A DNA stretch of 64,000 nucleotides, from the NCBI GenBank assembly GCA_040954595.2, contig CM082594.2, positions 4,263,319 to 4,327,318 of the forward strand. The letters run 5' to 3'. Origin of the DNA: Balanoglossus misakiensis. Taxonomy: Eukaryota > Animalia > Hemichordata. Within the stretch, counting starts at the first letter, position 1; every line of letters starts with the position of its first letter. Shown here piece by piece: positions 24,249 through 38,200 of the stretch. The translations under genes and the position numbers were made by a program. Under the pieces are notes generated by a model. The model was given only the letters and a program-made list of their open reading frames with translations. It did no database searches and had not been told where the DNA came from.

Positions 24249-25671
24249 AGACAGCAAAACATATATACATATGGGATTGAGTGACCAATGACTACCCACT
24301 GACTGACTGACCAACTGATTTGACCTGACCACTGACCGACAGCAAAAACACACGGCGCAAGACCAGCTTATCAAACCGTGACACCATTTACTAACCTTTG
24401 ATCATAGAACGTGTTTATATCAGAATCATTTTGTAATCAGTTAGCCGAGTAAAAACACTATTTATTACCTATCTGCCATCTTTGTAATTTTCATTCCAGT
24501 GTAAATTTAAAAATTCATTTTTAATGGTCTTTGCTATAAGGAAAAAAACAGATATATAAAAAATGCTTCTTACGTTAATAATACATGTGGTATGGTTCAG
24601 ATTACATAGTTTAGATGTTATTTATTTGTTTCGGATGTGATCGTAGTTGGTGAGATGTGTCTCTAGAGGGCGCTATAGTCATGTAGCAACTTTGATGATG
24701 AATGTTTGTAAATACTCAGTCTGAGTGCCAAACAGATTAATGTGGATGTACTCGTATATTCTCTGTTCGATGACAGGTGGCATGTTTCTGTGTAATAGGG
24801 ACGTGTGTAGGCTGATTCAATTTCCTCTGTTCTACGCACTATATCAGTTGTGAAGTGAAACGACTTCTTGTGAATCTTCGAACATTTCGGTATTTAGAGT
24901 TTTACTTTCTGTATCTGTCTACTTTCCATTCTCTTCTGTTTTGTTAGGATTGGATGATTTCACACGATGTTTTAGACGATGTTTTAGACAGTATGTTTTC
25001 ATACTGGTATTAAAGGGACAAAGTCACTGCTTTTGACATTTTTTTGGTTATTTCAATTTTGTTGTGGTAAATTTGGTCTCAAGAGGAGCCTAAAATAGCC
25101 AAAATAATGTCACCAGTGAACTTTACTTTGTTCTGTCAACATGGTTCTTGGGAAAACATACTTTTTCAACATCTTTTTTTTATAATTGTTATCAATCATG
25201 TATTTGTGCACTTGTTTACCAGAAGTCAATAAAATTTCTTTATCATTTGATTTATCAGTTGTTTGTCTCAAGTGTCTGTGATGTGTGTGAGAAAGCCTGC
25301 AGATTTGATGTCAGAATGTCTGTCATTCATGTTAGTCTCTCTGTGAAGTTAGGATGCATGTGGATTTCAAATTTTTACTTGTAAAACCAGTAACTCAGAA
25401 AATGTGGTGGTGTGTCTCAAGATTGCATTGATTGATGCATATTACTGCCAATGTATGATAGCCTTCATATCAGCAACACTGTGCAAAGACAACAGAATAG
25501 AAAACAATGGATTTTGGCCAAAACACGAAAGGCATCAAAACAAGTTACATCTATGCAGTTTTTAATGAGTGAATGACGGAGTATATGGAAGTACGTGCAT
25601 TGCAGATGACATTTTAATGCAATGCAGTACATGTATTTCCGCTATGTGAAATTGCGTTGCCATGGCGAGTC

Positions 25672-28600
25672 TCAGCACCAGCCGGGAGTCCATATATTGT
25701 CTGTCTTGGTAGGATCGCTTCCACTATAGTCCCGTTCAGGCCAGAAAGGTGGCGGGGCGGCGTCTATGTATTCTTGCGCCCTGTCAAGTAGTTCCTGTAG
25801 CTTCTCAGGCATCGCCTCTGCCAGGTCGTTGACCTCACGCGGGTCTTCTGCTCACAATAAGAAATGAAAGAACATTTCATGACGATTCTTTATTCTGTGC
25901 TGGCATATGTTAGATTGTGCTTCAAAGGGTATTTCGTACAATATCGTCGTACAACCAAAGGTTGCATATATAATTTCCTATGGTAAAAATGGCTCGATAA
26001 AATATCTAGCATGGTGACATAGTGTTTTATTTTATATGTCATTTGATAAAGCTTGTTTTTGGCGTCTTTTCTGGACAATTTTAAGAAAATGACAATATCA
26101 GAACACTTTTTTTCTTCTCTCTGAATGATTTTATATACAACCAGGCACTGCATCTGGGTAGCCTGCGGCCCCACCTTAACCATTTCACCATCTTGGTTGG
26201 TCCAAATCCATAGTAAAATTGGACCTCTATACAGGGAAATGGGGATGAATAGGTTAAGCAGATAGCGGTACCTTTGCCACTTACCTGCAATGTTGAATAG
26301 GAGTGTCTGATTAATATTTATGGGACTGGAGACTTCAGGAATGTCGGGATCTTCAAGCTCTGGCGGCGGAACCCAAGTGTCTGCGAAGATATCAGTTGTA
26401 CATGAATATGTTATAGGTCTACCCCGAGCAACAGGTGTCTGTGACTGCTGATCGAATGAGGGCCGTTCAGTATTCGAAGGCACCTGTGCCCCGAGCTTGT
26501 GAGACTGACTATGGCCCAAAAGTTGACTGTAAAATATTTAAATAGGCCTATATCTTTTAGATAGAACTAAAAATGGCCGGCGAACTTGAAATAACACACA
26601 ATTAGCAATCGTGGACTATATATGGCTAGCAGAGGATACTATCATGATTAGAAACTTCAACAATCTTACCTAGAGGATTCACTTGATTTTCATTTCCTTG
26701 TATATGATACGACTCCCCAATCAACTTATAATCTCCGACTCTTGTGATCGAGGGAAAGAATGGACAGAAAAACGAGTCAAGAATAGGCCTACTTAAACGT
26801 GCCAGTGAGGGCTTAGACGGTATAACAAGATATTGTTCTGTTTATTTTAATAAATGAAGATTGGAACATATTTAGTTCAGTTTATATTTATAGATTTGCA
26901 TCAGAATTCATTTATACCTTATTGCATATGAAAACGTTTCTGGGTGAATGTCCATATGGTGCACCACCTCTGTTCTCGGCGAGGGCGCACCTTTGGACAG
27001 TGTCGCCCAGACATCCATCCCATCCAGGCCAGGGTCTATAAAATAACGTGACATGAAAAGCTCATTCGAGTCGTGAACTGAATAGAATTAAGTTCAAGCA
27101 ACAGAATAGGCAGCAATAGTTGCCAGTAAAACGCATGGTTTAGAATATATACCAACTTTCATTAGAGGTGGTATTGGGGGGTTTCTACATAAAACTCTTT
27201 GAATGACAGAAATGATATTCTCTAACCTGGTGTTCCACCAGCTAAGGTCAGTAAAGTTGGGAATAAGTCTGACACGTGAATTAACCTAATAACGAGAGAT
27301 TAGTCAATGATTAGTGACACATTAAGTTGACTGATAACTAGCAGGATAGATGATGTGATGTATGCGCGATGGATACGAAAATTACACTATTATTATCTTG
27401 TTGTTTGTGACACATCCCTATATCCATCTCAGTAGCCGGCCACGCGGTCTACCAACGAACCAGTTAATCAATTTGTTCCATTATAGAGGCGATGGATTGG
27501 AAGGGATTGCGTTTTGTACTGTCATGTCATCGACTTGAAAAGTTACTTTTTATTAAAAAATCTTACTCGTTATTGATGTACCCAGTCTTCTCTAACATTG
27601 CACCATGGACGAAGGCAACGGATCGTATACCTCCTTCAAAGGTTGTGGTACGTCCACCTCGAAATGGCCAATTTCTACCCTGCACTGACCTAGCACCGTG
27701 CTGATTGAAGAACGGATTAACGTAGATTTTACAGATAAACAACACCAATATCACCAACAACAATACTACTAGGCCTATATTATGACTAGTTCGTGCAACT
27801 TTTGGATAAAGAAAAACCTTAGCCAAATGTTTGTCCTGAATCATTCAGAAAGGTTTAGGCTAAAGCTTCGATTCACGTTGCTGGGGAGCATTCATTAAAG
27901 ATTTGATCATAAATAGCTTTACGGTAATCTTATTTTAGCCTACTGAAAGGATGGGTTAAAATCGACTAGGCCTGGAATTATGCAAATTACCACGGGCCGG
28001 TTGATCGGCTAAACTTTGCAACTTCCGTTTCAAGATGAAAATTTATTATTTTAAAAAAGATTTCCGCAATAACTGTGTAATAAAATATTTTGTTCAGTGG
28101 GGATCTTCTGCTCTCGCGAAAGGTCTTTTGAATGATGTCAAAGGTGAAGAGGTCACTCAGAACCAATATGGCGGACATAGCGTTTATATTTTGTCGTCTG
28201 CTGGGTTTTGCATCAATTTTTGTGTGACAGCGATGGCAGTGATCTCGAAGCTCCGCAAAGTTAGAAGGATGACGAGTTTGATCGAGAAGGTGAAAATATC
28301 GACCAAAACATTCCGAATTTTGGTCGCGATCCAGGACTTCCGTATATTCCCAAGACTCAAGAGAACCACCTTCGTGTATGGTAAGGTTTAAATTTAGATT
28401 ATTTGTACTTATTTGATACAGTTCCACATAAAATTGGCCTATGGTCTACCGTACACAGGCCTATGGGTGACAACATCAGCGCAAGAGTCTTCTTGTCTGG
28501 CTCTGTTTTGAATCCTTCGTACAAATACTTACATCGGTGAGGAATACGAACAGAGTGTCGTTCCACATTCCCTTACTTCGCAGTGCGTCTGTTAGGTTGC

Positions 28601-29548
28601 CGATGACGTCATCCAGCATTGATACCATAGCTGAATTTTTGGTTCGCCAGTCACAAGAGACAGACAGACATACAGAAAGAATGAATGTATAGATGAATGA
28701 ATGAATGAATGAATGAATGAATGAATGATTGAATGAATGAATGAATGAATGAATTTAAAGAAAGATTATGTGAGCGATTATCAACATTTCAGACTTCTTC
28801 AGCGTGAGCGCTGTGAGTTACTATGCAACAACCCTGATTTTCATCTTCAGTAGCGTTTGTTTTTTAGCATTGAAATTGGGTTAATGGAATATCGCATGAT
28901 TTTAACTCACCCCGTGTTGTACGTAGGTTCCTGTTATCAGTCAAATTGTATAAATCAAGGTAATGGTCTGGGACCTGGAAAATATCCTAAATGTTAGTTT
29001 TGAGAAAGGGCAGAAAGCACTCGTTTTCTCATACTGTGTTATTCCGATACCAACATACTGACAAGACGTGTATACATGTTCCTCGATCTTTCCACTATGG
29101 AGATCTTTCGCCCTACGAAGTTGCTTACCTGGTACGGCGTGTGTGGTAATATGGATGGGTAATATAAAAACAGCGGTGTGTCTGGATTGTGACGTTCTAC
29201 AATACTAACCAATCGTTCGGAGAACAGCTCCTGCCAATGGAATTTACAGAGACATATATTATACAAAAGAGATGTTGTGTCCATGAGGTTGTAGCTTATC
29301 TTTTATCAGGATAGCGAAAGGCAATTTTCCATAAGTGTAGAAGTTAAATTTTACGTTTAAGTTCATGCTCGCTTTAGCAATTCAATATAGACACACAGAT
29401 GATATACAGCCTGCCGAAATGCCTGTACGTACCGATGCGTGTTTACCGGTTTCGTGTAACACGGCTCCAGTGTTGTCTCTGAACGCGTTGAATGGCATAT
29501 CGTATGGAGTGCCTGGACCCTCATCTATTGAAAATATTGTAGTCATTA

Positions 29549-29630
<82 letters not shown>

Positions 29631-31543
29631 CCATCATTTTATCTGTGCGGCTGACATGAAAGAGAAATTCTCACCGCCCTCCTTGCTGTGGTCGTAGTAA
29701 TCCATCCCTTCATATAATGTACCATAGAACGAGTCAAATCCTCGAAAGTATGGCGTCACATCCCAACGACAAGATCCCAGGTGCCACCTATGAGACAGAT
29801 AGTTTGCGAGACATTTGCGGGGAGCGGGTACAGTGGATTGGAGAAATAGGTACTGGCAAGTTTATGTATGAGAATTCCGTGTGGCATCCGCAAGCTTTAA
29901 GTATGCTCGTCGTCAGGACCACTAAAGCCGTTTAGCCGTGTGGCATGTTTTGGAAAACGGTTCGGTTAACTATTTTGAAGTACTAACTTTCCAATCATAT
30001 GAGCTGCATATCCCAACGGTTTCAACGCCTCTGCCAGGGTAGTGTAGTTCCTTCGCAGATAATGGGGTCGTCGATCCCCTATGGTCTGACGCTGCAGGAA
30101 ATATTCAAAATAATGTATTTCTTTATAATATTATGCCCTTATAGTGATTTTCGTCAACTAAGGTATCTGTATGCAAAATTGAATCTTCGGTCCTTCTATA
30201 GGGTGTCGTTAACTTGTCTAGGGTACAGAGCATTTCACATGCAAACACCAGCTCACAAAATGCAAAAAAAAAGTTGTTGGAAATGATTATATTCCATACA
30301 TGCATATTCTAATTACTTACACCCAAACCCGTTCGGAATGGATAATAGCCAGTCATGAGGGACACTCGAGATCTGTGAAAACGTGTATAGTAAATAAGAT
30401 GTGATTTCAAATAATATGACATGAAACAAAAATTATAATTATTATATCATGTATACGCTGTCAATAGAACTGCCTGCATCGAATCGTCAAGGTTCTTGTG
30501 TTGTCAAATCTCGATCTTGCATTACAATCAAATTTAGCTAGTCACGCATGGGTCAGCACAATATGAACTTTCCACTACGATTTTCACTCTTTCTCTCTCT
30601 ACATTCATCGCATGCTTATTTTTAGTAAGGGTGAATCAAAGCCTCTCGGGTTTGAATACATGTACTTACGGAGTGCACAGCGGTTGCACGTAGGATTGGT
30701 TCAGAATGACGCCCCCTCTGGCGAGATAATCCAGATTGGGTGTTTTCATTACAGGATTGTTGTATGAAATGTCTGACCAACCTGCAGAATTTAAGACGTG
30801 CCAGTTAGCACTTTACTTCGTATTTCCAAGAAAATTCTCTGTGGCACTGGTCGACCTATGGGAGGTACGGTTGCAGGCAAGTGTGGACCTTTCCATGTAC
30901 ATTGTACTTACCAAAGGTACAGGCCATAACCAGCACAATGTGGGGTTGCTTTACTTCTTCTAGGCGAAAAAGAAAACGAATAAGATAATGAATAAGTTAA
31001 AGTTAATACAGAGACCAAGTGTAATATACAATGTACTAGTATGCGACTATTACCAATGAAATGATTGTAGTTATAAGAGTTTCTGTAGTTGGTGACTCAT
31101 AAAATTGTCTACGAATTCGCGTAAAGATGTCGCCCAATCAACGTCATGCCCAACTTTCTACACTCTGGCCACTGTCTGGCGCAAACATTCTGAAGTTGAT
31201 CAGGTCAGTGGGCCGAAGGGCGCCCGGCTACGTCAAATACAGTATGAAAGCAATGAAAATCCTGAGATAAATAAATAAATCCCGAGAATTGTCTCAAATA
31301 ACACAACATAGATTCCTTCAATAATATTAAAACGCGTTTCATCAGTATTGGTGAGATGATTTCGAACTCACCCAGGCAACAGTTTCCATCCTCAGTAGGT
31401 TCCACCTCCAGATCTTCCGGTTCCGACGTGGAAGAAGAAGAAGAAGTCAGCCCCACGCTCAGTAGGACGGCTGCGACCACGGCAACCGCGCCAAACAAGA
31501 TGGCCACCAATATAAGTTTACGTGTCTTGCTGGAGGTTGCCAT
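25672..31543 (-). CDS. Arylsulfatase B/I/J-like sulfatase, 16 exons, 536 aa, N-terminal signal anchor
   Basis: Exons 31543-31372, 30959-30912, 30781-30670, 30372-30321, 30091-29988, 29787-29675, 29524-29433, 29230-29129, 28974-28911, 28630-28533, 27700-27567, 27285-27227, 27035-26918, 26740-26670, 26380-26285, 25847-25672. Motifs QPHIV, KTPNLD, YVQPLCTPSRVSLMTG, GKWHLG, RGFDSF, PLFLY..PHTPYQ, NWPFRG, EGGIR, LDGMDVW, DPREVNDLA, WTPGWC*. All phases consistent. Confidence 0.92.
28693..28753. repeat. (GAAT)n microsatellite in sulfatase intron
   Basis: Direct read. Confidence 0.9.
29551..29637. repeat. (CAT)n microsatellite in sulfatase intron
   Basis: Direct read. It explains the poly-His ORF in the track. 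Confidence 0.95.
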
Positions 31544-34500
31544 ATTCGGTAGAACTCGAAGACCTGGAAGCTTTTGGTTTATATCTCGCCCTATTCACCT
31601 GTAAATTAGGATCGGGGTAAAGAACGTTGGAGGGATCTCTTCCCTGGCCGATTACCAGGCTCCGAGAACAGAAACCACCCAAGATCTAGGACACTGTTTT
31701 GAGAACACTACCTGTAGCGATTCGCACTTGCTATCCGCCACCTCCTTAGAGCCCATCTGTCATATGCGACGGAAGACGCAGTCAGCTGCAAAACACTCCA
31801 CTTTGTCAACGGTGAACAAATACGAAAAATGAGCCCGAAAAAGTTTTCGTTTCGCGCAGGTACAATTTCCGAGTTAACTGAAATCGCACACATGTCATCG
31901 ACTTAGACATTCGGCATTGTTTTATCAGGAAAGCAAGTTACCCACTCTACCATTCAATATGAGAAAATATAGACTAAGTGTTGAAGAGACGTCTGAAGTT
32001 TGCAAAGTGGTTTCATTAAACCTGTCCTGTTATGACAATTTGGGGATGGGCAAACATAGAATTGTTTTGCTATGGCCGTTTAAAATATGATATGTCACAA
32101 TGCAGTTGAAACGTCTTATGACGTTGTGTACACACCAGAGTTTAGTTCTCTCATTCAGTGCCCGATTCTTTCGTACCATGAGTGACAATAAATTTCAGTC
32201 AGGGTGTTGACCACCATTTATCACGAATGGTTGTACAAATATACGTGTGCGTGGTGCCAGCAATATATATTGAATTTGCGGAGTAGTCCTTGGGCTAGTG
32301 GCCACACTCCATGCACATGGCTAGATCAAGTTTACCCTGTGACCAGAAAGCCTTGGTTGCACTCACGACACGAAAGCTTGTCAGTGACGTGTGTTCACCC
32401 GGTGGATGCGGTGTATGGACATTTGGATTTAAGTATTTTCACGTCAAGTCACCTTGTGGACTGAAAATCTCAGTCCTGTGCGAATATTTACTTGTACGTT
32501 TCATAGCCAGTTGATACTCGCCCTCCGGTAAGAACTTTACGCGATATACTTTTCTTTTGAACGTAAAATAATAAAACAATATGCGAAAAATTCCGTACCA
32601 TGGGGCTTTAAATACTATAACACACACACATGATGAACGCTGAATACAAATCACCAGTTTGTCACAGTAAATATCACAGACTGCTTCGTGCCAATTTTGC
32701 ACCACCACAATTATGCAAACTGGTTGCATGATCAGTGATCGACCTCATGTGATCATAGATTATCCGCAGCTGAGGTCACTGAGGTAACGGGAAGCTCGCT
32801 CGTATCTGTCAGATGATAACTTGGTGTCAGCCGAGGACGAACCTGCGCCAGGGCGATTTGCAGTGGGATGTAAAGACAGGCATTTGTCTGGTATACGTAC
32901 ATTGTCTTGTTTTGTTTACATAAATTGTCTTGTCTTGTATTGTATCAGCGGATTTGTACCACTACGATCTGTGGCTTGGAAATGAGACATCGTTCAATGG
33001 AGATGACACACATACAACCCATTATGGCTGTGTGGTATATGACGTCACGACAGAAAATCTCCACCAACTGTTCCCTGTATAAACAGACGGTCGTGCTATT
33101 GTCGATTGTTGAAAAAACCATATACGTTGTTTGGCGAGTCATTGTGCATAATTTCGTGTTATTTACCCATTCTCCATTTTTTCCACTTAGCGACGAGCGT
33201 GGTGTCCACTAAACAACGCCCAGAGGTGACTTCAAAGTCGCCATGGTTTAAATTTCTGGCCCTGTGTGACGTCACGGTCAAAAGGTGCGTATATGTGGCT
33301 TACCACCACTTTCCATATCAATGCACAGGAAAGCCGATCTGATGGAGAGGGTTTAATTCTTATATATAACCAGCTCACGTACATGCATACCTTCTACATG
33401 ACGGAACCAGTAACGAGCTACTCAAATAGAACTCCTTTTAACAATTCACCTGTATTTATGTCATCAGTTTCCTTGACTTAATCTTTCTTTTTCTTCTCGA
33501 GATTGACACATCTCATTTGATCTGACATCTGTTTGAAATCGCTTCCCCTTCGTAGTTCAAGGTTGTATAATCACCGTTATAAGGAAGTTGTTTCTGTCAG
33601 TTGACATTACTGTCCGAATCTTGGACTTCTGTGTACCTTGGTCACGGGGTCACGTGCCTGAGTATTACACAAAACAATAACAGTATCATAACGAGTTCAC
33701 AAACGCTTTTTCAGTTCTGCAACTCATGAACTGCATCAGGTGGTTTTATGAACATGTGTATCTGATCATGTGCTCCTACGCACAATTATACGCATAAAAC
33801 AGCGAAATTAAATTCCATGCGCAAGGAAAGGTACCCCCAGTTCATTCAGGACACATGGACTTGTCTACTGTGGAAGCACTTCGTCGTAGGAAGCCTTGCT
33901 CCCCCGGGGGACTGCACCCCCGGAGGTGTATTCTGATAGGTTTTGGGTAAATTCATACGAAACCATTGATTGTCAGTGATGACCCGCTTCCAAAACAAAA
34001 TCAGGTATCATGACTAGTCTTCCAGCCAACTCGACATCTCGCTTGGAAAGTAGATCCGATCAAGCCGCGTCGTTTCTCACCACTGTACTATGCCGCCTTC
34101 CCCCATGCTCTAATACTCCGGTTACACAAGTACTACACGACTCGTAACTTTAAGAGGGTAACTCAATAACTACTTTCCCTTGTGTGGTTAATTAATCATT
34201 CGGGTGACCCCTGCCTGACCTCGCTTTCCAGCACCGTCGTTGGGGCATGAGTCCTTTTGATATCCTACCCGGCACGCCACACGGCCATGACATTGACATT
34301 GTAGTTGTACATGTATATACCGAATTTCTTCCAAAGCAAAAATCTCGTTTCTCGTTTAAAACAGTAGATTAGATGAGGCACTCTAACAAAAATACACATG
34401 ATATACTAGTATACCCGAACGTATACTCATGTGCTACGAAAGTAGGTGATTAGATTTTTAAGTACAAATTGCACCAGGTGAAGGTGTATTGACTTTTAAC

Positions 34501-35241
34501 CCTGGCCTCAACTGCGGCACGTGTTCCATACAGAACCATATTTGACAAGTGTACAGTTACAATAATAATAGAAAAGTCACTCACGTAGTACAGTCGCCCC
34601 CTCACTTTAATTCTAATACATTTATCCTTGTTACAATACAGGAACGTACTTTTATTGAAGTCAACTGTGTGTAGTTGGATACCTATTATGTTTGAAGACT
34701 CTTGAGGAACGCGTTTGAGGCGAAATCCGCGTGACCAGACGCACTCGTCGAAAGATGCTCAAAGGTGATCGGTTATAAATGCAGACGACGTACCAGCATT
34801 TTTTCTTCTAAATTTCGTGCCCGCAGGCGCACAACACACGTACCCGACTGTGACAGGGCAGCCCGATTGGCCAATACAGACAAGTGTACGAGTCGTGTTG
34901 ACTCGCGATCAAGTGCATTACATACAAGCTGTAACTGATAACGCGACGTGGTAACGTGGACGCCACTCGTACGGAATATTTCAAGGCGACTGGAATTCAT
35001 TTTTGACCAAAAAAAATTCAGACTTCGTACCGTGCCGCCGTCGACGTCGCCCTAAAGTTGTCAATCAAAAAATCACTAGGCGTTACCTATACCAGTATAG
35101 GTCTGACGAGAACCGGACGTAAAAAAAACCCCAGACTTCTGCTTCAGTTACTTGGTTGGCTCACAGGAGAAGTGACAGTATACGCGCATTCCTCGCAGTC
35201 GAAGAAACAAGGCACCGGGACCACTTCGAAGAAAAACCACA

Positions 35242-38200
35242 ATGGCTCCCTTGAAGACTTCGTATCTTGTGTTCACCGTTCTGTTGCTTCACGCTTACGG
35301 AACCCTGTCGGCCTTTGACTGCGAGACAGGACTGCCCGACCAAGTAGGGACCGAACTTCTCGGCACCCCGCCGTTCTCACTGACGCTGAACTTGGACGAG
35401 TACAGCCCGGGCACCGAGATTCAAGGTAACGTTAAAATACTTCCCTTGTTCTTTTTCCCCTGAGCTTTAAATACCGTATTTTTCAAAAAAGGAGGGAAAA
35501 GTTAGACGTTCATTTAATCCTTGTTGACTGTTGAAAGTGTTCTCTCACGATTTTCACTACCCGCATAATAACGACATCTTGTTACGGATGGACAGTTGAA
35601 AAATATTAATTTTACTAATTGTCAGAAATATGCCGTATTTCATGCCGTACGCTCAACCAAGGCTTGCAGGCTAATTTAAAAAAATAATTATACCCATATA
35701 ATAATACAGGGAAACTACAAACTCTACCCAAACCCCTTGTAGCCGTGTCCGCGATAGCACTCGACTATAATGGACATTAAAATATTCATGATTCCTCTTA
35801 ACCACCTGTTAAATTGTGATCGCGTGATTTGGGAACCGTCATGAGGAAATATGAACCCGGGCACAATTTCGGACTGGCCGTTCCACAGCGCCGAGCACGG
35901 CATATGATATGTCAAGGTCCATCACGTACACCTGCTTGGGTAACGACAATCGCCTGCAGTTGTAAGCATATAGTTTCGAGTGTTTCGACAGAGAGATATG
36001 CGTGTTAGGGCTTCAAGCTATGGCAGGTAGTTGTTAGTAATGGAAATATTTAGACAACAATAGGGGGCTTTATTAGTCTGCCGGCTTCTGTTGTGTATCT
36101 ATAAACCCTTAATATTATACCTGGTCCCCTTACCTATATTAAGGGCCCATTTAACCAAATGCAATCAGTGATTCACGGAACGCGCTATTTTTGTAATTTC
36201 AAGCTGTTTTCCGTTTTTTTTTAATTCTCCTCCGTCGATTCTGTGTCATTTAATTAGCATCTGAGGCATTGCAGTTGCTTCCTTGTTGAAACTTCAACAG
36301 GTGGTAACATTTTGGATTACTTGGGGGGGGGGGGCGACTGTTGAACTGAGTGTAGTACGACACTGTGTTGTGAACTCAAGGCAGCGCGGGCGCGACTGCA
36401 CGCGTCGCCAACCGCGCTGAGGGATCGACGCGAGATGGTCGACAGCTGTGAAGAAGCAGAAAATAATAAAACCATCACATATATACAAGAGAGTAGAGCA
36501 ACAAAAGGAGGAGGTGGTGGAGGCGGGGGGAGGGGGTTGAGAGGAACCACTTAAATTAAGGAACTTCATTTTATTTTTCACGATTCCTGAGGGGATTTGA
36601 CATTCTGTTTCACTTCTGTTCATTACTGGAATCGGGATTAAAATACTTCTCAGCACTTCTTCGGTGCCTGATGTCAGACCAGCGATTAGCATCTGCCAGG
36701 GGAAACAATGCATTATTTGTTAAGTCAATTGCAACATTCGGCGTAATGACATTTCAGGTATTTTCGGTATGTTTGCTCAAAGTCGTCATTTTTAAACCGG
36801 TTCGCAACGCATGCCCAAGTAGTTGAGCTGTTCAATGAAAACTTACCACCGATACCGGCGACCTTTGACCGCAAAGTCACCCCAGTGGGTGGGGCAGCTA
36901 CCAAAATTACTCACCGGCATGTGATATACTAATATTAGGGTGCACAAATCGATAACTCAGTTCTCTTACTAATTTCCGTCATTTGTAAGGCGTTGTTTTA
37001 AAAGTTTGCGTGATCTGCACCGTAGAAGATTACATGACCGCTTTGGGCCGGGGTCAGTTGGGTACTTGCGATATCCCCATGGAAACTCGATCTGAATGTT
37101 GCCGTGACGACACGGCGCAAGTGTTCTCCTTTTTAAACTGAATTGTTTGTTTTTTTCGAAACACTGATATCTTAACGGTTGTCATGGAGGCAGATATGGT
37201 CAAATATAACCTCTGTTGTGTTTTCAAAACAAAGCAATTCTCCTACTTACTCCCGTACTGCAGTTAAACACCGGAAATTATTGAAGTTTGAACTCATGAA
37301 GGGAGTGTCGCGTTGCTGAATGATTTTCCTCAAGTTTGTGGTCAGGACAGATTTGCAAAAAAACGCCCGAGTGTCTGCTGATTTACGTGTCAAGCAGCAA
37401 CTGCCAAAAACTAGGTTGACATTCCCGAATAGTCACTGCCCAAAGAAATTATAAATTGTCGACCAACGCAAACCACTGTCTGGTGATTCAGGATTTCAAA
37501 TATATATTATCTCGCAACGACACAGGAGGAAAATATTTAGCGGGCGTTTACAATGCAACTAAACCGATTCCCGGGTGGGACTCTGAACCACAAACCAAAT
37601 AAAAAAAAATCCCAATTGAGCTTAATATGCCCTAGACCATTTCGTGCTAACTTATTACAGAGAAAGAGTATGCAATTTTTGGTAATAATTTGCCAGACGT
37701 GTATGACCTAGATCTGTAACTTCGACAGTCTACTCGTATACTTTGGAATTTTGATCGATCCAATTTTCATTCGTTACGTGATTTAGTGTCGTGCGCATAC
37801 ATTGCCTTGACAAACCAGTTCCCACTCTAAAAAAACAGACCGTGAGATCCTATGATTTTTGTTCCGCAAAGTATAACTAAACATTCAAGAAGTTCAATAT
37901 TGTCGTTCATGTACAAACACTACACATGGAGGTGTCGTGTCGGACCACCATGAGTTATAAATTAGAAGTTATGGACAATAAATTATGACATTAACATGAA
38001 TCGGGGTCAACGAATCGCGAAAGACTATTTCTTCATTGCAATTTACAGTATGCAATGGGAGAATTTCAGAGACATTGTCGAAAATCGTGTTGATTCGATA
38101 AAACAACGCGACTACATGTACTAGAATATGAGAGGTAAATGTGCGATAGGTCGGGCGCCTGTTTTAGATTCATTTCCCTCAAGAAAATATGAAACTGTAT

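Noticed and set aside
25890-26519. 209-aa minus-strand ORF
   Set aside because: Only 26380-26285 is a sulfatase exon. A candidate exon at ~26420-26527 is phase-incompatible with its neighbours.
27987-28427. Overlapping 146-aa and 118-aa ORFs in a sulfatase intron
   Set aside because: No recognisable motifs. Probably a decayed repeat insertion.
29365-29697. Poly-His ORF, also poly-Asn/Val (5857-6231) and CCVVL/HNTTQ ORFs (47377-47893)
   Set aside because: Translations of microsatellites.
33690-34100. Possible tRNA-derived SINE on the minus strand (GGCGGCATAGTACAGTGGT head)
   Set aside because: Only an A-box-like stretch. No convincing B box, cloverleaf, TSD or second copy.
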